Shown in pieces: positions 48,501 through 63,680 of a stretch of DNA of 64,000 nucleotides. A program made the position numbers and the translations under genes. Within the stretch, counting starts at the first letter, position 1. Every line of letters starts with the position of its first letter. The stretch comes from the human T2T-CHM13v2.0 reference genome, Homo sapiens. The stretch lies in assembly GCF_009914755.1 (NCBI RefSeq), contig NC_060935.1; one strand, given 5' to 3'. The notes beneath the pieces were generated by a model. The model saw only the letters and a program-made list of their open reading frames with translations. It did not search any database and had not been told where the DNA came from.

Positions 48501-49590
48501 TAAAGCCTGATGTCTTGAGTACTGTGCACCCCTGTGCCTGGCTGAGTAGTGGAGGAACTTTGAAAGGGTCTGTTCTGGAGAGGGGGTGCTGCTCTGGAGA
48601 GGCGGTGCTGCTTTGGAGATGGATTAATCAGGAACTTGGGTGCTGATTCTAGGAGGTACTGCATCTAGAAAGATGGGAGGTGGGGAGTGCAACTTCCCCA
48701 ATTTTGCCTTTAACTTCAGATCCTTGGGGTGGGTGCATTGCTTCTCCTGGGATGGAGGGGTGCCGGGGAGCCCCTGACCAGGACCTGGAGCAGGTCCACA
48801 CAGGCACTGGATTTGTCCTTTACTTTGGGCCCAGGCTGCACTCTTGATTCCACCTCCTCACACTGGCTTCAGCTTTCTCACCCTCAGAATGGAATTCAAA
48901 GCCTCTGCCCCTCCCAGGCAGACACCAAGGTATGATTTTCAAGTGGTTGGTGTCTTGTGACTGGCAGCTGATAAACGGGTGATACAGTGTTTCTATACAG
49001 GAGTCTGCAGTGCCAGGCTGCAGGGGCGGACGGGAGGGGGTCGTGGTGGGTAGCCTGTGGAGCCTGAGGGTGGGAACAGAGAGACTTCTTTTGCTGTAGG
49101 TGGAAGCCTGTCTGGCTCCTTTCCCTCAAAGGTCAGACAGCTTGAGAGATGTTTCCATCCTCCCATGCATGACCCTGAGGCAGTTAGCTGGTCAGTTACT
49201 CACTGTGCTCTCTGCCAACTCTAATGAGCCAGGAAGCCTCCCCGTGCCCAGGCGTGCTGTGATCACAGTGTTCAATGATGGGGTGAGGCTGCAGCGTCCA
49301 GCCAGGGACTGTGCCGCAGGGGCCAGAAGATATCTGACCTACTGTCACTGCCTCTTCCACTCTGTTCCACCTGCACTGGAGCGATGCTATCCGATGAACA
49401 GATCCATTTATTAATTCAACACGTTTGTATTGAGAGCCTGCTGGGTGCCGGGCACTATTGTCAACATGGGTAATACAGCAGCAAGCAAAACAAGAGAAAC
49501 ATCTTTGCAAGCAGGGGAGGGGGCCTGCAGTGTTGGGTGTGTGGAGTTGTTGCTGGGAAGTAGAGAAGCTGAGTAAGAGCTGGACAAAGA

Positions 49591-49900
49591 GGCCAGGCAC
49601 AGTGGCTCACCCCTGTAATCCCAGCACTTTGGGAGGCCGAGTTTGGCAGATCACTTGAGGTCAGGAGTTCGAGACCAGCCTGGACAACATGGGGAAACGC
49701 CGTTCCTACTAAAAATACAAAAATTAGCTGGGTATGGTGGTGCATGCCTGAAATCCCAGCTACTTGGGAGGCTGAGGCACGAGAATTGCTTGAACCCGGG
49801 AGGTGGAGGTTACAGTGAGCCAAGATCACACACCATTGTACCCCAGCCTGAATGACAAAGCAAGACTTTGTCTCCAAAAAAAAAAAAAAAAAAAAAAAAT
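49591..49900 (+). mobile_element. AluS within an L2 fragment
   Basis: Full dimer; approximate TSD a(a/g)gctgga(c/t)..aga. Confidence 0.9.
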
Positions 49901-51087
49901 AGAGAAAAGGAAAGCTGGATGAAGAGAGATAGCCAAGCCCATGTCTACGGAAAAGCATTCTTGACTGAGTGAACGAAAGTACAAAGCCTCAGAGGAGGGA
50001 GCATGCCTAGGTAGCCCCCTAGACCTGGTGAGGCTGGTGCGTGGGGCAGCCTCCATGGAGAGGAGTTGGGCAAGGAGGGAGGAGGTGCTGGCCAGTAGAG
50101 CACGTGTGTCTCTGTGCGTCAGAGCAAGGACCCGGGCTCTCCCCGTAAGTGAGAAGAGTCCATGGAGGTTTTGGGGCTGAGGAGGAGTTTTACAGATGAC
50201 CGGTCTGTTCTTGGCACTTGCAATTAGCGGACCGTCTGTATCCGAGTGTTGATCGGGTGGATTCTAACCCTGTGGGAGAACTCCCCAGCCCGTAGCCTGC
50301 GCTCACTGTACCTGGCAGTTGTATTAATGACGTCAAATGCACAGTCCAGCTTGAGTCCCCTCTAGAACGTGGGCAGCGGACACTAAGCCGAGAGGAATCG
50401 CTGTGGGTTGGCAGACACTGTGGAGACTGACTCCTGGACAGGCTGTGGAATGTGTGGAAGCAGGTACAGCCCAGGCCCGCGCTGAAGTTCGGCAGGGAAG
50501 CCAGAGGAGTCCGCAGCCCGGGAGACCTGGCCTACAGCGGAGAGAGTCAGTCCATGCCAGTGGTGGGATGTGGCTGCAAAAAATGGTCGGATTCATGGAA
50601 GTCTGGTGTCCATCTGGCAGGCGTTAGTGGTCCCACGAATACAGCTGTGTGCCTTGAACACATACTGCAGAGCTTCCAGAGAGCACCAGGGCTGTGGGGG
50701 CTAGAGACTGTGTCTCGTGCGGAAGCGTGGCTGAGGAGGGGCTTGACAGGCTCTTCGTCACTGTGCGGAGCCTTCGAAGGACTTGGATGTGCTTGAGACC
50801 CCTTCCCCTAATTGCTGTGTAGGGCAGGGGTGGACATCCCGGGGATCGTGGAGTCTAGGGAGCCAGTCTGCACGGGATGGTTTTAGAAGCCGTAGGATGT
50901 GGGGGTTCTGGCTGAAGTAGCCAGAATTCCAGTGCCAGCTCCGCTCCTCACGAGCTGTACAACCTGGGCCCGTTACTGACCCCTTTCCCACCTTAGTTCC
51001 CTGGCTCTACAATGGAGGTAATTATCGTGTTGAACTCACAGGGTCGAGATCATATTTAATACTTGCACAGCCCTTAGAAGCATCTAG

Positions 51088-51275
51088 CACAGTGGTCCTC
51101 AGCATTTGGAAATGTCTGGAAACATTCTGTCACACCTGGGGAGTGGGATTTCCTTCTGGTGTCTAGTGGGTAGAGGCCAGAGATGCTGCTAAGCGTCCCA
51201 CAATACACAGGACAGACCCCGCAACAATGAACTGTCTGGCCCCCAAAGTTAGTGGGGCAGAGATTGCAGGATCCT
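51088..51275 (+). mobile_element. MER20 relic
   Basis: ttggaaatgtctggaaacatt, tctagtgggtagaggccagagatgctgctaa and caggacagacccc. Confidence 0.8.
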
Positions 51276-51690
51276 GATTCCTTTTCTTCCTTTTTTTTTT
51301 TTTTTTTTTTTGCCCCTGGCTATGAGTAAGAGATCCTGGTTTCGCACAAAGTGAACGTGCAGTACATTGTTTCAGTTGTTAATTCGCCATGCAATACATC
51401 GTTAGTCACGTATTATTGTTTGTCAAATGTGTATAAAACATCTGCCACATTCTTGGCAGTTTAATAGAATCTAGAGATATAAAGAAGTTCCTGACCACAG
51501 AGTTCATAGCCTCACAGGCAAGATAGGAAAACACAGAATTATATAATACGAAATTACATTATATCATAGAGCATATTCTATAGTAAGTTACTCCGATTGG
51601 CTTTTGGTATTAAAATGTCTTCAGTTTCAGAGGTCCCAGGATAGTGGGCAATATTTGAAAGCCAGTAAATATAAAATAAAATATATTACC

Positions 51691-52114
51691 TGTGTGAAAG
51701 AGAATTTTTCAGGCACAATAATATTTTAAAGAGTTTATTTGTGTAAGAAGTGAATTGGGAAACAGAAAACCGAAAGAGGTTTAGTGGCCCAATGACAGTT
51801 TCAGAGGCAGGTGTTTGGAGAGTGAATGTAAAAGCAAAATGAAGAATTTATTTGATTTAATTGGTTGCAATTACAAAATTGCTTTGTTTGGTTTACCTTG
51901 TTGGAAGTTTCCTAGTCACATAACCATATGTTAGTTGGCTACTTATGATTGGCTGAAGTTTTATTTGTGTCAAACAGAAGCATTTACCATAAATAACCCC
52001 AGTTAAGATTTGATTATGCTGTCTTTTAAGCAAGGTTAAGGCTGTTGTTAAGGCCTCATTGGTTTTGTTTGGTAAGGAATTTTTCAGGCCTGGTCTCCAA
52101 ATTTTGCTTTAACA
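51691..52114 (-). mobile_element. ERV1-class LTR (3' LTR of the adjacent provirus relic; subfamily not assigned)
   Basis: On the minus strand it starts TGTTAAAGC and ends ...CACA, contains CCAAT boxes and an AATAAA (tttatt at about 51734), and is preceded by a purine-rich tract directly after the env remnant. Confidence 0.7.
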
Positions 52115-52596
52115 ATTCCTTGCTTCTGGTTATTCTCTCAGCAAGCTGATAGTGTGACTAGATGACACAGTATTACTCTCTGTTACCACCACCAATGTAG
52201 TCACTGGGACAAAGAGTCAGGTAGATGTTGTTGTCATCATCAGTAGGTAGGTTGGGGATGAGAATTCCATGGCCACAGTTAGCAGTTACATAGTCAGTGT
52301 TGCTTTCCTCAAGTTGAATGATCCTCATGGTAACTGTTTGATATTTGAGCAGCTGTTGGAAATCATTTAGAACCCTTGAGAGAATACAAGGCACCAGGGG
52401 GGTAAACATAATAATTATAAGGAGAATAATAGCCAAGGATTGAAAAATTCCTCTGAGCAAAGATTCCCAGGAGCCAAGACTTAACCAGCTGAGTGAATCA
52501 ATGGAGAAGGCAGTGCCCATCTAATGAAAAACCCATGTGTGTTCTTTAAGGTATTTTAAGTTTTCGGTAATACCTGATTTGTTAACATAAAAATGA

Positions 52597-53196
<600 letters not shown>

Positions 53197-53831
53197 AGCA
53201 ACACCTTTCTACCAATTAGGGAACAAGGTCTCCCTTTTTGAGCAGTTAAAGTAGCAAGAAGTCTTCTATTGTACAGTACTACTGAGGCCAATTCATTCAT
53301 CCCAGATTGTACTGCTTAAGATAATTCGAAGTGTCAATTAAACTTTTTCAGAAGTTGGTAAAATATTAATTGATTTTTTTCAATTCACTCAACTGAGAGA
53401 AACGGGCTCTTACAGAAGTATGAAATCCAGAACCCCTTCGTAAGACTGTGTCTGGGATATTATGATTCTCTTTTGTGAGGGGTCACTTTATGTACAAATG
53501 ACTCTAAGGATTTGTATGGCAATTGAAGAGTCATATCTAGTCATTTTAGGTAGAAGATAGCCCACACCACAGATCCAGACTGGCTAGGTAGAACACCTTT
53601 ACATACTTTGTTGCTGCATAAAATGAATAATTCGGTGTTATCGATAGAAAGGGTCAAAGTGCATCCTATTACCCACGAGTTGGGGGTGATACGAATGTCA
53701 TGGTTATTCTCCGTCACATCTGCGTCTGCACAGCGCCACGTTGAATGGTTATGGTTTCAATTGGAGTAGGAACAAAAAACATTTCTATGAATTTGATAAA
53801 ATGACTGTATGCCATCATCAATTAGGGATGA

Positions 53832-54092
<261 letters not shown>

Positions 54093-54894
54093 GGATGACT
54101 GGTTTTCTTTCCAAATATGACCTGAGCATTGATCTGTCCAATAAGCAAGACTGTTATGTACATTATGTAGTGGATCTATTGAGGCATACGATTTTCCTGT
54201 AGCATTTCCATTGAACCAATGTCTAGTTCTAGTAAGTTCTCTGATGATATGGTTGAGGCTTTCATGGTCATGTTCAGATTTTATATATGTGTCTCATGTA
54301 GGAATCTAGTCTTCATAATCTGTGTCAAACCTAAGAATTTGAGTACAGAGGGATTCTGGAACACTGCCCAGATTTGGCCCAGTTCCATTCATGTTTTCTG
54401 TGCGTAGAGATAAGTTACCATTAATGACATCAATCGTAGTTGTAGGCCATCCCTTTGCCTCTGTTGCTTCTTCCAAGAGCTACACTGGTTGATCATAAAT
54501 ATCAGCCAACTGCCAAGGGAAGGATACCAACCCTTTTCATAACGCCATTTTCCTGAATTGCTCACTCAAGTGTGTATGGGAGCAGGTTCTAATATTAGTT
54601 GTGATTCTTTCCATTTATCTAGAGGATTACGTAGCCACCAATTGCTTTGCTTAGTAGCGAGGATGGCTTCATGTTGAGCAGTAGATCTTAGAGGATATTC
54701 AGTGTGGATAATGAAATTCCCTAACGAAAATAAAAGTGTGAACCTTTTGTGCTAAAACAAAACAAAAACAAGTCTGAGTCAATAGAAGGGGGCCACATGG
54801 AGTCTTGTTTCATTGTCTTGGGAAAGCTGTGTCTATTTCATGATATCATCTACTTTTATGGAAGGATTTCTCTTGGGTATCCTTAATTTTGTTT

Positions 54895-55199
<305 letters not shown>

Positions 55200-55385
55200 T
55201 GTTATCCTTAATTTTAAATCACATGTGGATTGACAAGTCCAAAACTCTAAGAGAGCTCTCATTAGCTGTGAAACATGTACCCAAGGTTCAAGATCCTGAC
55301 ATTTTGCTACGGTGAGAATAGTAACTGAAACTGGTGTAGTGTCTTTCAATGGGGCTCAAGGGCAGTTGTTCTCTGCTGTCTTTTA

Positions 55386-55719
<334 letters not shown>

Positions 55720-58700
55720 TCACGTAAGGTGGGATCATCAATAGGCAGGTCACAGAAAGCCTCCTTCACCTGGTGGGATATACTTTGGCATCATACATCA
55801 AGACCTTGCAGTATTGAGTCACATCAGAGCCACCAGTAGAGTGGATAAATGAAGTTCTGTTATGAAAGGCACAAGTCGTTCAGTATTTATTTTGTGAAGG
55901 GCCACTTTATGTGTTCCCCTAGGGGCTGATGTTCTTGCCATAAAGGTCGGTGATAATTCTTTTGGCCAAGGTAATTCAGTTGACTCTGTTAATTTAGCTA
56001 ATTTTAGTTTTGTGATACCATTTCTGCATTCAGCCTTTCCAGAAGAGAGAGTGATGAGGGCAATGATAGTGCCGTCAGGTCTGTAAACTCTTATTTGGTG
56101 GATAACCTGTCAAATAAAGCGAATTGCCCTAGCACTAGAGACCTCCTCGGCAGGTAGGTGGGATTTCATCTTTCTGGAGCCTGAGCATCTCCAAAGAAGA
56201 GCTGCCGCATGGAGCTTCCCTGACTGGTGACCTCCACCCTCTTCTCTCCAGAGCTCTTTGACCCAGAGGAATCTGCAGGAATGGAGGGAGTTGGCCAAAG
56301 TAGGGAGATTTTTACTCAGACCATATCCAGGTGAGCACACAACAGCCTTTTGGGCTTGGGCTGATGCGTGCATTTCTGTCTGTACATGCGTGCCTGGAAG
56401 TGTGCAGATGAGTGTGTGAGAGAGGGTAATGGCCATGCATCCTTGCATAGACAAGAACATGGGGTGCACTTCTGCATGTGCACAGCCCCTCCCCAACCCG
56501 GGCCTGTGGTGCTGTCCTGCCCCTAGCCCAGAGCTGGCCTCTGTTGGCTTTGAGACCCTAGCTTTGCACTGTGGCTTTGCTCGGCCTTAGAGACCAGCTG
56601 CTCCCCTGCTGTGGTCTCTCATAGTGGAGACTGATCCCTGGCCACCCATTCAGCTGCCTGAGGGCCCTGGGACCAGTGTTCATCCCCCCACCTCCCAAAA
56701 CAGAGGTGTGTAGGGGTTCCCTGCCTGGAGTCCCAACCCTGCAGGATGGAGAAAATGGGCACCAGTTACTGTGACCCATTCCGGCTCCATATGGATTTGG
56801 TTTGACAACAAAGCTCCCTCTGTGTGTTCCCAAGCCCCTTACATAACCAGGGGCTGTGGGCAGAGGAGGAAAGGAGGAGGAGGTGGAGATGGGGACCAGG
56901 AGACACCAGGATGGGATGGCTGGAAAGGACACAGGGACCGGGAGGAGAGGGCAGGAGACGAGGGCCAGAGAGGAGGAGAGGGTGGGAGCAGGAGGGGGAA
57001 GTGCTGGTCTTGACCTCCCAGTTCTGCCTCCTGCTTCCTGGGGAGGGGAGGGTGGAGTCCAGCCACCGACTTCTGCTTGTGGATGCTTTGTCTTCTTTTC
57101 TTTGGACCTTTCCCACCAGTCCTGGATAGGCTGAGGAGGGGCCGTGGGACCTGTCTGGGGTGAGGTGAGGTCAGGTATTGGGCTGGACTTGGGAGGCTGT
57201 TCCTTGGCCGCAGCCTGTAACTGAATAAATGCCATTAAAAGGGGAATCCATTTCCTCCCTCACTCCTGGCTTCCATTGCCTTCCCCCAGGCCCCAGCCCT
57301 GGTTCCAGAATCCCTCTGACCACTCCTCTTGTGCTCAGGAGGGCAGAATAACTGCAGCCTTTCCCTGTGCCCTGCCAGGCTGGTCCCGGGCCCCCTCCCA
57401 GCCCACTCATCCAGGGATGCAGCTCTGGCCTTGGCCCACCCCCATCAGAGGGCCTGTGGCCCTGATCACCGCACTCCCCACTCTGTGACCAGACGTTCTC
57501 TCCTGAGCATCGCTGACCCTGCAGCTGTCCAAATAGAGCAAGAAGCGAATGTTCTCTTTGGGGCACAGCTGGACTGGCAGCCCTGCAGGGTCAGGTGAGC
57601 TGCCAGTCCTGGGTGTGTTCTCGGGGGTGGGGGTGGGAGGATCACGTCCTGGGCTGAGATCCCTTCAGCTCCTCCTGGGCAGGAGGAAACAGCCATGCAG
57701 GGGCGGCCAGGAGGACTGGGTGGCGGGTGGTTCTGGGCTCTCCCAGCTTCGGTTGGGGCTGGGACCCTGGGGGACATGCTCTCCTGGGTGTTCCCAGGCT
57801 CTGTGTCTGGCCTGTGCCTCAGTGTGTGGGTTTTCTGGCACCAGGCTTCCTTGGGAAGAGCCTCTGGTTGTGCACCAGCCCTGAGGGTGGGGCTCATCCC
57901 AGGCTGCAGGGGACTGAGGGCCGAGCTCTTCCACCTTGAGGACAAGGATGGTTCCTCAGGGCTGGGAGGAGGAGGAGGCGCTGGCCAGGACCTTAGATTA
58001 CGCAGGGCTTGGTGTTGGGGCCTCACAGATGATGGAGAAGCCAGAGTTCAGGCACTTGGCATGACCCCTGGCATCGCCTTCAGTTGATTTAGTGTCTCTG
58101 CCCTGGGGTATTCCATGGGACCCTGGGCTGGCTTCTGTGTGCAGAGGTGGGTGTGGGCCATAGCCCAGACCTGTTGAACCAGTTGTAGGCTCTGGAATCC
58201 TCTGTCCCCAGGCAGTCACCAGGCCTTGACAGGCGGGAATCTGTCCCTCTCATCACCCCCCCAGTTATGGGTGCAGATGACCCTGAAATTGCTAAAGCCT
58301 CAGGGCTTGAGCCCAGAAAGTGTGAGCAGGCTGGCGGGGCAGCTGGAGGAAGGCCTTGCAGGTTCCTGGATTTGGGTGCCGGGTGGGCTGAGAGGACAGT
58401 CCCTGTCACTGGGACTGGGCACAGGTGCAGAGAGGCTGAGACAGGCCCAGAGGACAGTGAGTGTGTGTTGTGTGGGTGCCAGGCCAGGGAGTGCCCTCCA
58501 TGGGGCAGCAGGCTCTGCAGTACCCTCGGCCAAATGGCCACAGGCTGCCCTGGGACACTCTCCAGGCCTGCTGGGGACACACCTGTGGGGCTCATAGGCG
58601 TGGCTGGGTCTCCTCTCAGGTGCCAGAATCTTTCTGGGAGCTGAGCCTGGCTGGGCAGAGGGCGAGGAGCCCAGGATTCCCCTTTCCGTGACTTTGGAGG

Positions 58701-60579
58701 AACGAGGTTCCTGAGGGCTGGCACAGCCACTCCCTGCCCCTTAGAGGCTCTGGGCTGCCTGGTGACAGCTTCGGGGACCTGCAAGCTGACAGAGTCTCCA
58801 GGAGCCAGAGCTGGGGTGGGAGGAACCCACTGGGCCTGAGGGAGGTAGAGCAGCAGCAGCAGCAGCTGAGCCCAGCCCCCGGCCAGCCCTGAGGAATGGG
58901 GGAAAAGAGTGCCCTGGCTTGGGGGGGCCCTCAAGCCCCGGAAGCTGTATGTGGGCATGGGGGGCGGGGGCAGAGAGGAGGAGGACTGAGAAGTGGGTGT
59001 ATTTGGGCAGGTGTGTGTGTGTGACCAAGCTTGCGGGCGCCTGAGTATGGACTAGTGTGTTTGTGCTGGAGGAGCCTGTGTAGGTTACTGACATGGGAGG
59101 GCCGGTGTGAGCTGCAGGGACCGGAGAGCTGCTGGAAGGGGCTGTCTATGCCTTCAGGCTCTGAGTGTGGATGCAGCTGGGCCTGTTCAGGCAGATTCAC
59201 CAGAGGGGCTACTGCGCAGAGCCTGGGCCCTGGACACCTAGAAGGGCCCCTCCTCCCCTCGTCTTCCCTCCCTCATGGCCCACCTTTACTCTGAGGGGGT
59301 GGGCTTCCTGCGGGGGACAAACTGGAGAGGGACTCTCTTGCCGCCTTCTCTGTTCCTGGGGACAGGCTGCTGCAGGGTGGAGGGCTTGCTTTTCCTGCCC
59401 ACCCTCATCTTTGCCGAGTCCTCGTCTGGGGGCCCTGCCCCACTCTCCCTTCCCAATGCAGGGCCCTCTCCTCTGGCGAGCCTGCCTTGATACTCCCCGG
59501 CTCAACCCCTTTAACCCTGCTGGCTCCTAATGGGACTAATGGGACTTCAGGTGTGGACCCTTGGACCCTCCGCTGCACAGTTCCAGAAACTTGTTCATCA
59601 AGTGCCAGGCTGACCATGGTGTCCGTCTCAGTGCCCAGCAGTTGTTCTGGTGATGGGAGGTGGGAGTACAAGGTCTGCCGAGTGAGGCAGAGGAAAGGGG
59701 TTTCTGAGCCCAGATCTCCGGTGCTCCAAGACACTCAAAACCAGAGCTGAGAGCCTGAATTCAGAGGCTGTACTGTGGGGCAGGGCTGGAATCTGTGGCA
59801 CCTGTGTAGGGACTCCAGGGCTGAACGTTGCCTTTGCTGTCCCTGCTTGGGGATTTTGGGGTACTGGGTTTGGATAGAGTGTGTCATCTGCAGAGGCAGC
59901 ACTGTTCTGGAAGTGGACTCTGCTCAGGTGTGGCGGGCCTGCCTGTGGGGTCACCATGGACAGGAGGCTGGTGTCTGGTCAGGCTGAGGGATCCGTGTGC
60001 CAGCCCTTCTGGGAAGGCTGAATGGGGCGGAACTGGTCAGGGCCTGGCACCAACTCCAGGATGTGCTACACCCAGACAGACAGATGGAGAGCCACCTCCC
60101 TAGGGGCCTCCTCCCCCTCCCCTTCTGCATGCCACCACACCCCAGCAGCATCTCCTGAGGCTGGGCCATGGGTGAATCTGAGTCGAGGGCAGGACAGAGT
60201 GGGAGTGGCAGTGCCTCTGCCTGTCTCCCTGGCCGTGGCAGGTCCTTTGTCACATATGGGCCAGGAGAGGTGAGTGTGATTGTGGTAGTGGTGGGGGCAG
60301 TGGCTGAGGACCCCTCTCTTTGCTGGGCTGGGACAGAGCTTGAATGGAGAGGGGCCGCCTTGTGCCTGGGAAGGGAGGACCAGGTGTCGCTGGCACCTTC
60401 CACGTCCTGAGTGCTTGTTCTGTGCCCAGCCCCTGCTGAGGCTGCGGACATTAAATACCAGGATATGTTTTGAGACTCAGGACACCTCTGAGGACTTGCT
60501 GCTGTTATCCACATTTAAAAGACGAGGACTCTGAGGCTCTGAGAGGTTAAGTACCTGGTCCAGGTCACCTGGTCAGTTT

Positions 60580-60873
60580 CTTTCTTTTTTTTTTTTGAGA
60601 TGGAGTCTTGCTCTGTTGCCCAGGCTGGAGTGCAGTGGCGATCTCGGCTCACTGCGAGCTCTGCCTCCCGGGTTCACACCATTCTCCTGCCTCAGCCTCC
60701 CGAGTAGGGGACTACAGGCGCCCACCACCACACCCGGCTAATTTTTTTTATTTTTAGTAGAGACAGGGTTTCACTGTGTTAGCCAGGATGGTCTCGATCT
60801 CCTGACCTCATGATCCTCCCACCTCGGCCTCCTAAAGTGCTGGGATGACAGGCATGAGCCACCGCGCCTGACC
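60580..60873 (-). mobile_element. AluY specific to duplicate copy B
   Basis: AluY diagnostics (ttcacaccattctcc; gttagccaggatggtctcgatc); TSD cacctggt(c/g)agtttct. Confidence 0.92.
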
Positions 60874-61150
60874 CACCTGGTGAGTTTCTGAGCTCCAGAC
60901 AACTCATCCCAAATTTCATGGGTGCATAGAGTATAGAGATTAAAAGTAGTTCTGGCTGAATTTTAAATCCTGGTTCCACTATTTTCGACCTGTCTGATTT
61001 TGGAACATTTAATGTATTCCTTCTGTGCCTCAGTTTTCTTCTGTGTAAATGAGAATGAAAGAGTACTCCCCCATCAATTTGTTGAAAACTTCAGTAAGAT
61101 TATGCCAGGAGCTGCAGCACAGCCCCAGGGATGATTTAAAAGTGAATTCA

Positions 61151-61303
<153 letters not shown>

Positions 61304-62817
61304 TTATCAATGCCCTCCAGTGACATTCATGACACCCAAACTTAGAATCTGAGCTTTTAGGGTGGCCTGTGACATCTATACCACGTGTCCCCGTGGCCTC
61401 CCTGGCACCCCCTTTCCTTCCTGGCTGTCTGCCACCATATGGAACTTTCTGTGCCTTGCACCCAGCCAGCTCAGAGTCTTGGGCACTTCTCTCAGTCTGG
61501 AACCTTCTCTTGCCTACCCCATCTTCCCATGGCTGCCCTTCATGTAGGCCTCCGGTTTATAGCCGGCTCCTCAGAGACATGGTTCTATCCCCCCAGTGGC
61601 CAAGGGCTGGTGGCCCTCACTCTCTGCCCCTGTGCCCTGTGTTAGTGGTCCTGTGGTTGTCATTGCCCCGTCATCTCCACCATTTCCTGTTTGCCGTGTG
61701 TCTGTGCCCCCCAAGGATGAATGCCATGAGTCCAGCATGTCACCCTGTTTCTGTCCTGCCACAGTGCTCGAGTCAGTGCCCTCCCTGCTTGCATTCGGCC
61801 CACAGGCCTTGTGGCTCCTGTTTCTGCTGACCTGTCCAGCCTCACAGTCTGGGGAGGCCTTGGGGTCCCCAGCCTGTGCTGGGACAGGGGTATTATTCCA
61901 GTAGCCCTTCTGTGGAACAAGTAGGGAAGGAGTGATGTGACCTCTGTGGCTCTCCTGGGACACAGGTTAGTCCTGTGGGTGACCTCACTTTAGAGAGGGC
62001 TGGCCAGCTGTGCCGGAATTAGGAAGTGGGTACAGCTGGACAAAAGGTGGCTGGAGCCAGCTCTGCAGAAGCCACACCTGCTCATGAGAAGGGTATCCTT
62101 GTGAGTACAGGGGAAATGGCATGGAGAAAGACAAACACCGGTGGGTGGCTCTGCCAGCTTCCCCTGGGGTGCTTCTGGCAACGCCCAGGTCTGTGCACAT
62201 CCAGATCTTTGCACTGCGCTGTTTTGACTTGGAGAGGAGAGGAGGAAGTTAGCTGCTCTGAATGGTGTTGCTGCTAATCTCTACAGCACTTTCCTGTAAA
62301 TTAGGAACGGTAACACACACACCCCTCCCCCACCCCGCTGGAGAAGCCCTGCACCAGAGCATACAGTTTGGCAAGTAGGAGGAGGGCTGGAGCCCAGCCT
62401 CACTTGCTGCCCTGGCCAGGCCGTGATTGCCCAGGGTGCATACTGTGGCTGGTGCTCTGCCACTGCTGTTTCTGTCCTCAGGGTAGGACACAAGGAGGGC
62501 AAGTAGGGCCAGTCAGCGAGAGGCGCAGGTGACGCGTGTTCTAGGGTCTGAGATCAGCTGCTTCCATTTCAGTAATTGTCTTTGGAGCTACATTGTCTGC
62601 TCATACAACCTCCCTTCCAGATAGTGCCATTTTAAAAATCCCATTTACCCAAAAGAAAACCTGACACCTGGAAAGGTCGTTTGCACTCACACAAGTGATG
62701 GTTGGTCCAGAATTCACATCCAAGTGTGAGATTTCAATATTTTTTTTCTTCCTCCTTTTTTTAAATCAAATTTTATTTGAAAGGGTATCACAGTCACCAG
62801 TTTGAAAAAGGTAAGCA

Positions 62818-63111
62818 GGCCAGGTGTGGTGGCTCACACCTTTAATCTTTGCATTTTGGGAGGCAGAGGCAGGCGTGTCAGTTGAGCCCAGGAGTTTGAG
62901 ACCAGCCTGTTCAACGTGGTGAGACCCCATCTCTCCAACATTTACAAAACTAGCTGGTCATGGTGGTATGTGCGTGTGGTCGCAGCCACTGGGGAGGCTG
63001 AGGTGGGAGGGTTGCTTCAGCCTGGTGGGTGGCTGCAGTGAGCTGAGATTGGGCCTTTGGTCTTCAGTCTGGGCTACAGAGCAAGACTCTGTCTCAAAAA
63101 AAAAAAAAAAA
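62818..63111 (+). mobile_element. Diverged AluJ-like element specific to duplicate copy B
   Basis: J-type ttgagcccaggagtttgag and heavy divergence; TSD aaaggtaagcag; empty site cagttaagcagtacaaatgg in copy A at about 45160. Confidence 0.85.
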
Positions 63112-63680
63112 TTATAAAGGTAAGCAGTACAAATGGGAATATGAGCATAAGTCACTCTCATTCCAGACCTCTGACCCCCAGGACTTTTCTCTTGAGAGGC
63201 CATAGCCTTTGTTTTGCATCCTTCTGAGTAAACCTATTCGTGTACAGACATATCTGGGTATGCATGTAACTGTTTTGTGAAAGTGCATTTGGAGATATGG
63301 ATATCGTTGTTTTCACCCATCCTAAGTTTTGATGCTATGGATACTATGTTTTGGAGATTAGACGATACCAGCACGCATAGGTTTGCAGCCTCTTTTTCAC
63401 AGCTCCATAGTGTTTCCTTGTCTGTGAGCAGATTTCAAGTTGTTTCCATCTTAACCCCTAGAAAAAGTGCTGTTGAAGATCCTGACAGACAAGTCTGTAG
63501 AAACATAGGAAACTTTGTAGAATAAAGTTCTGGCCATGGGCCAAATTCCCTCTGAGAGGTAGCTCTAGTTTTTCTTCCTAGTACATCTATGAGAGCTCAG
63601 GTCCCTCGTGTTTTGCTGTTATGATGAATGAAATATGCTGTCTCCATCACGCTGGAATTTGTAGATGTAGATGACCATAG

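Noticed and set aside
51289-51311. Isolated poly(T) run suggesting a retrocopy tail
   Set aside because: No adjacent Alu, L1 or mRNA-like body could be identified; treated as a simple repeat.
52173-52520. 115 aa env-derived ORF as a possible domesticated syncytin-like gene
   Set aside because: Only the TM tail is open; upstream env is broken by stops, frameshifts and Alu insertions.
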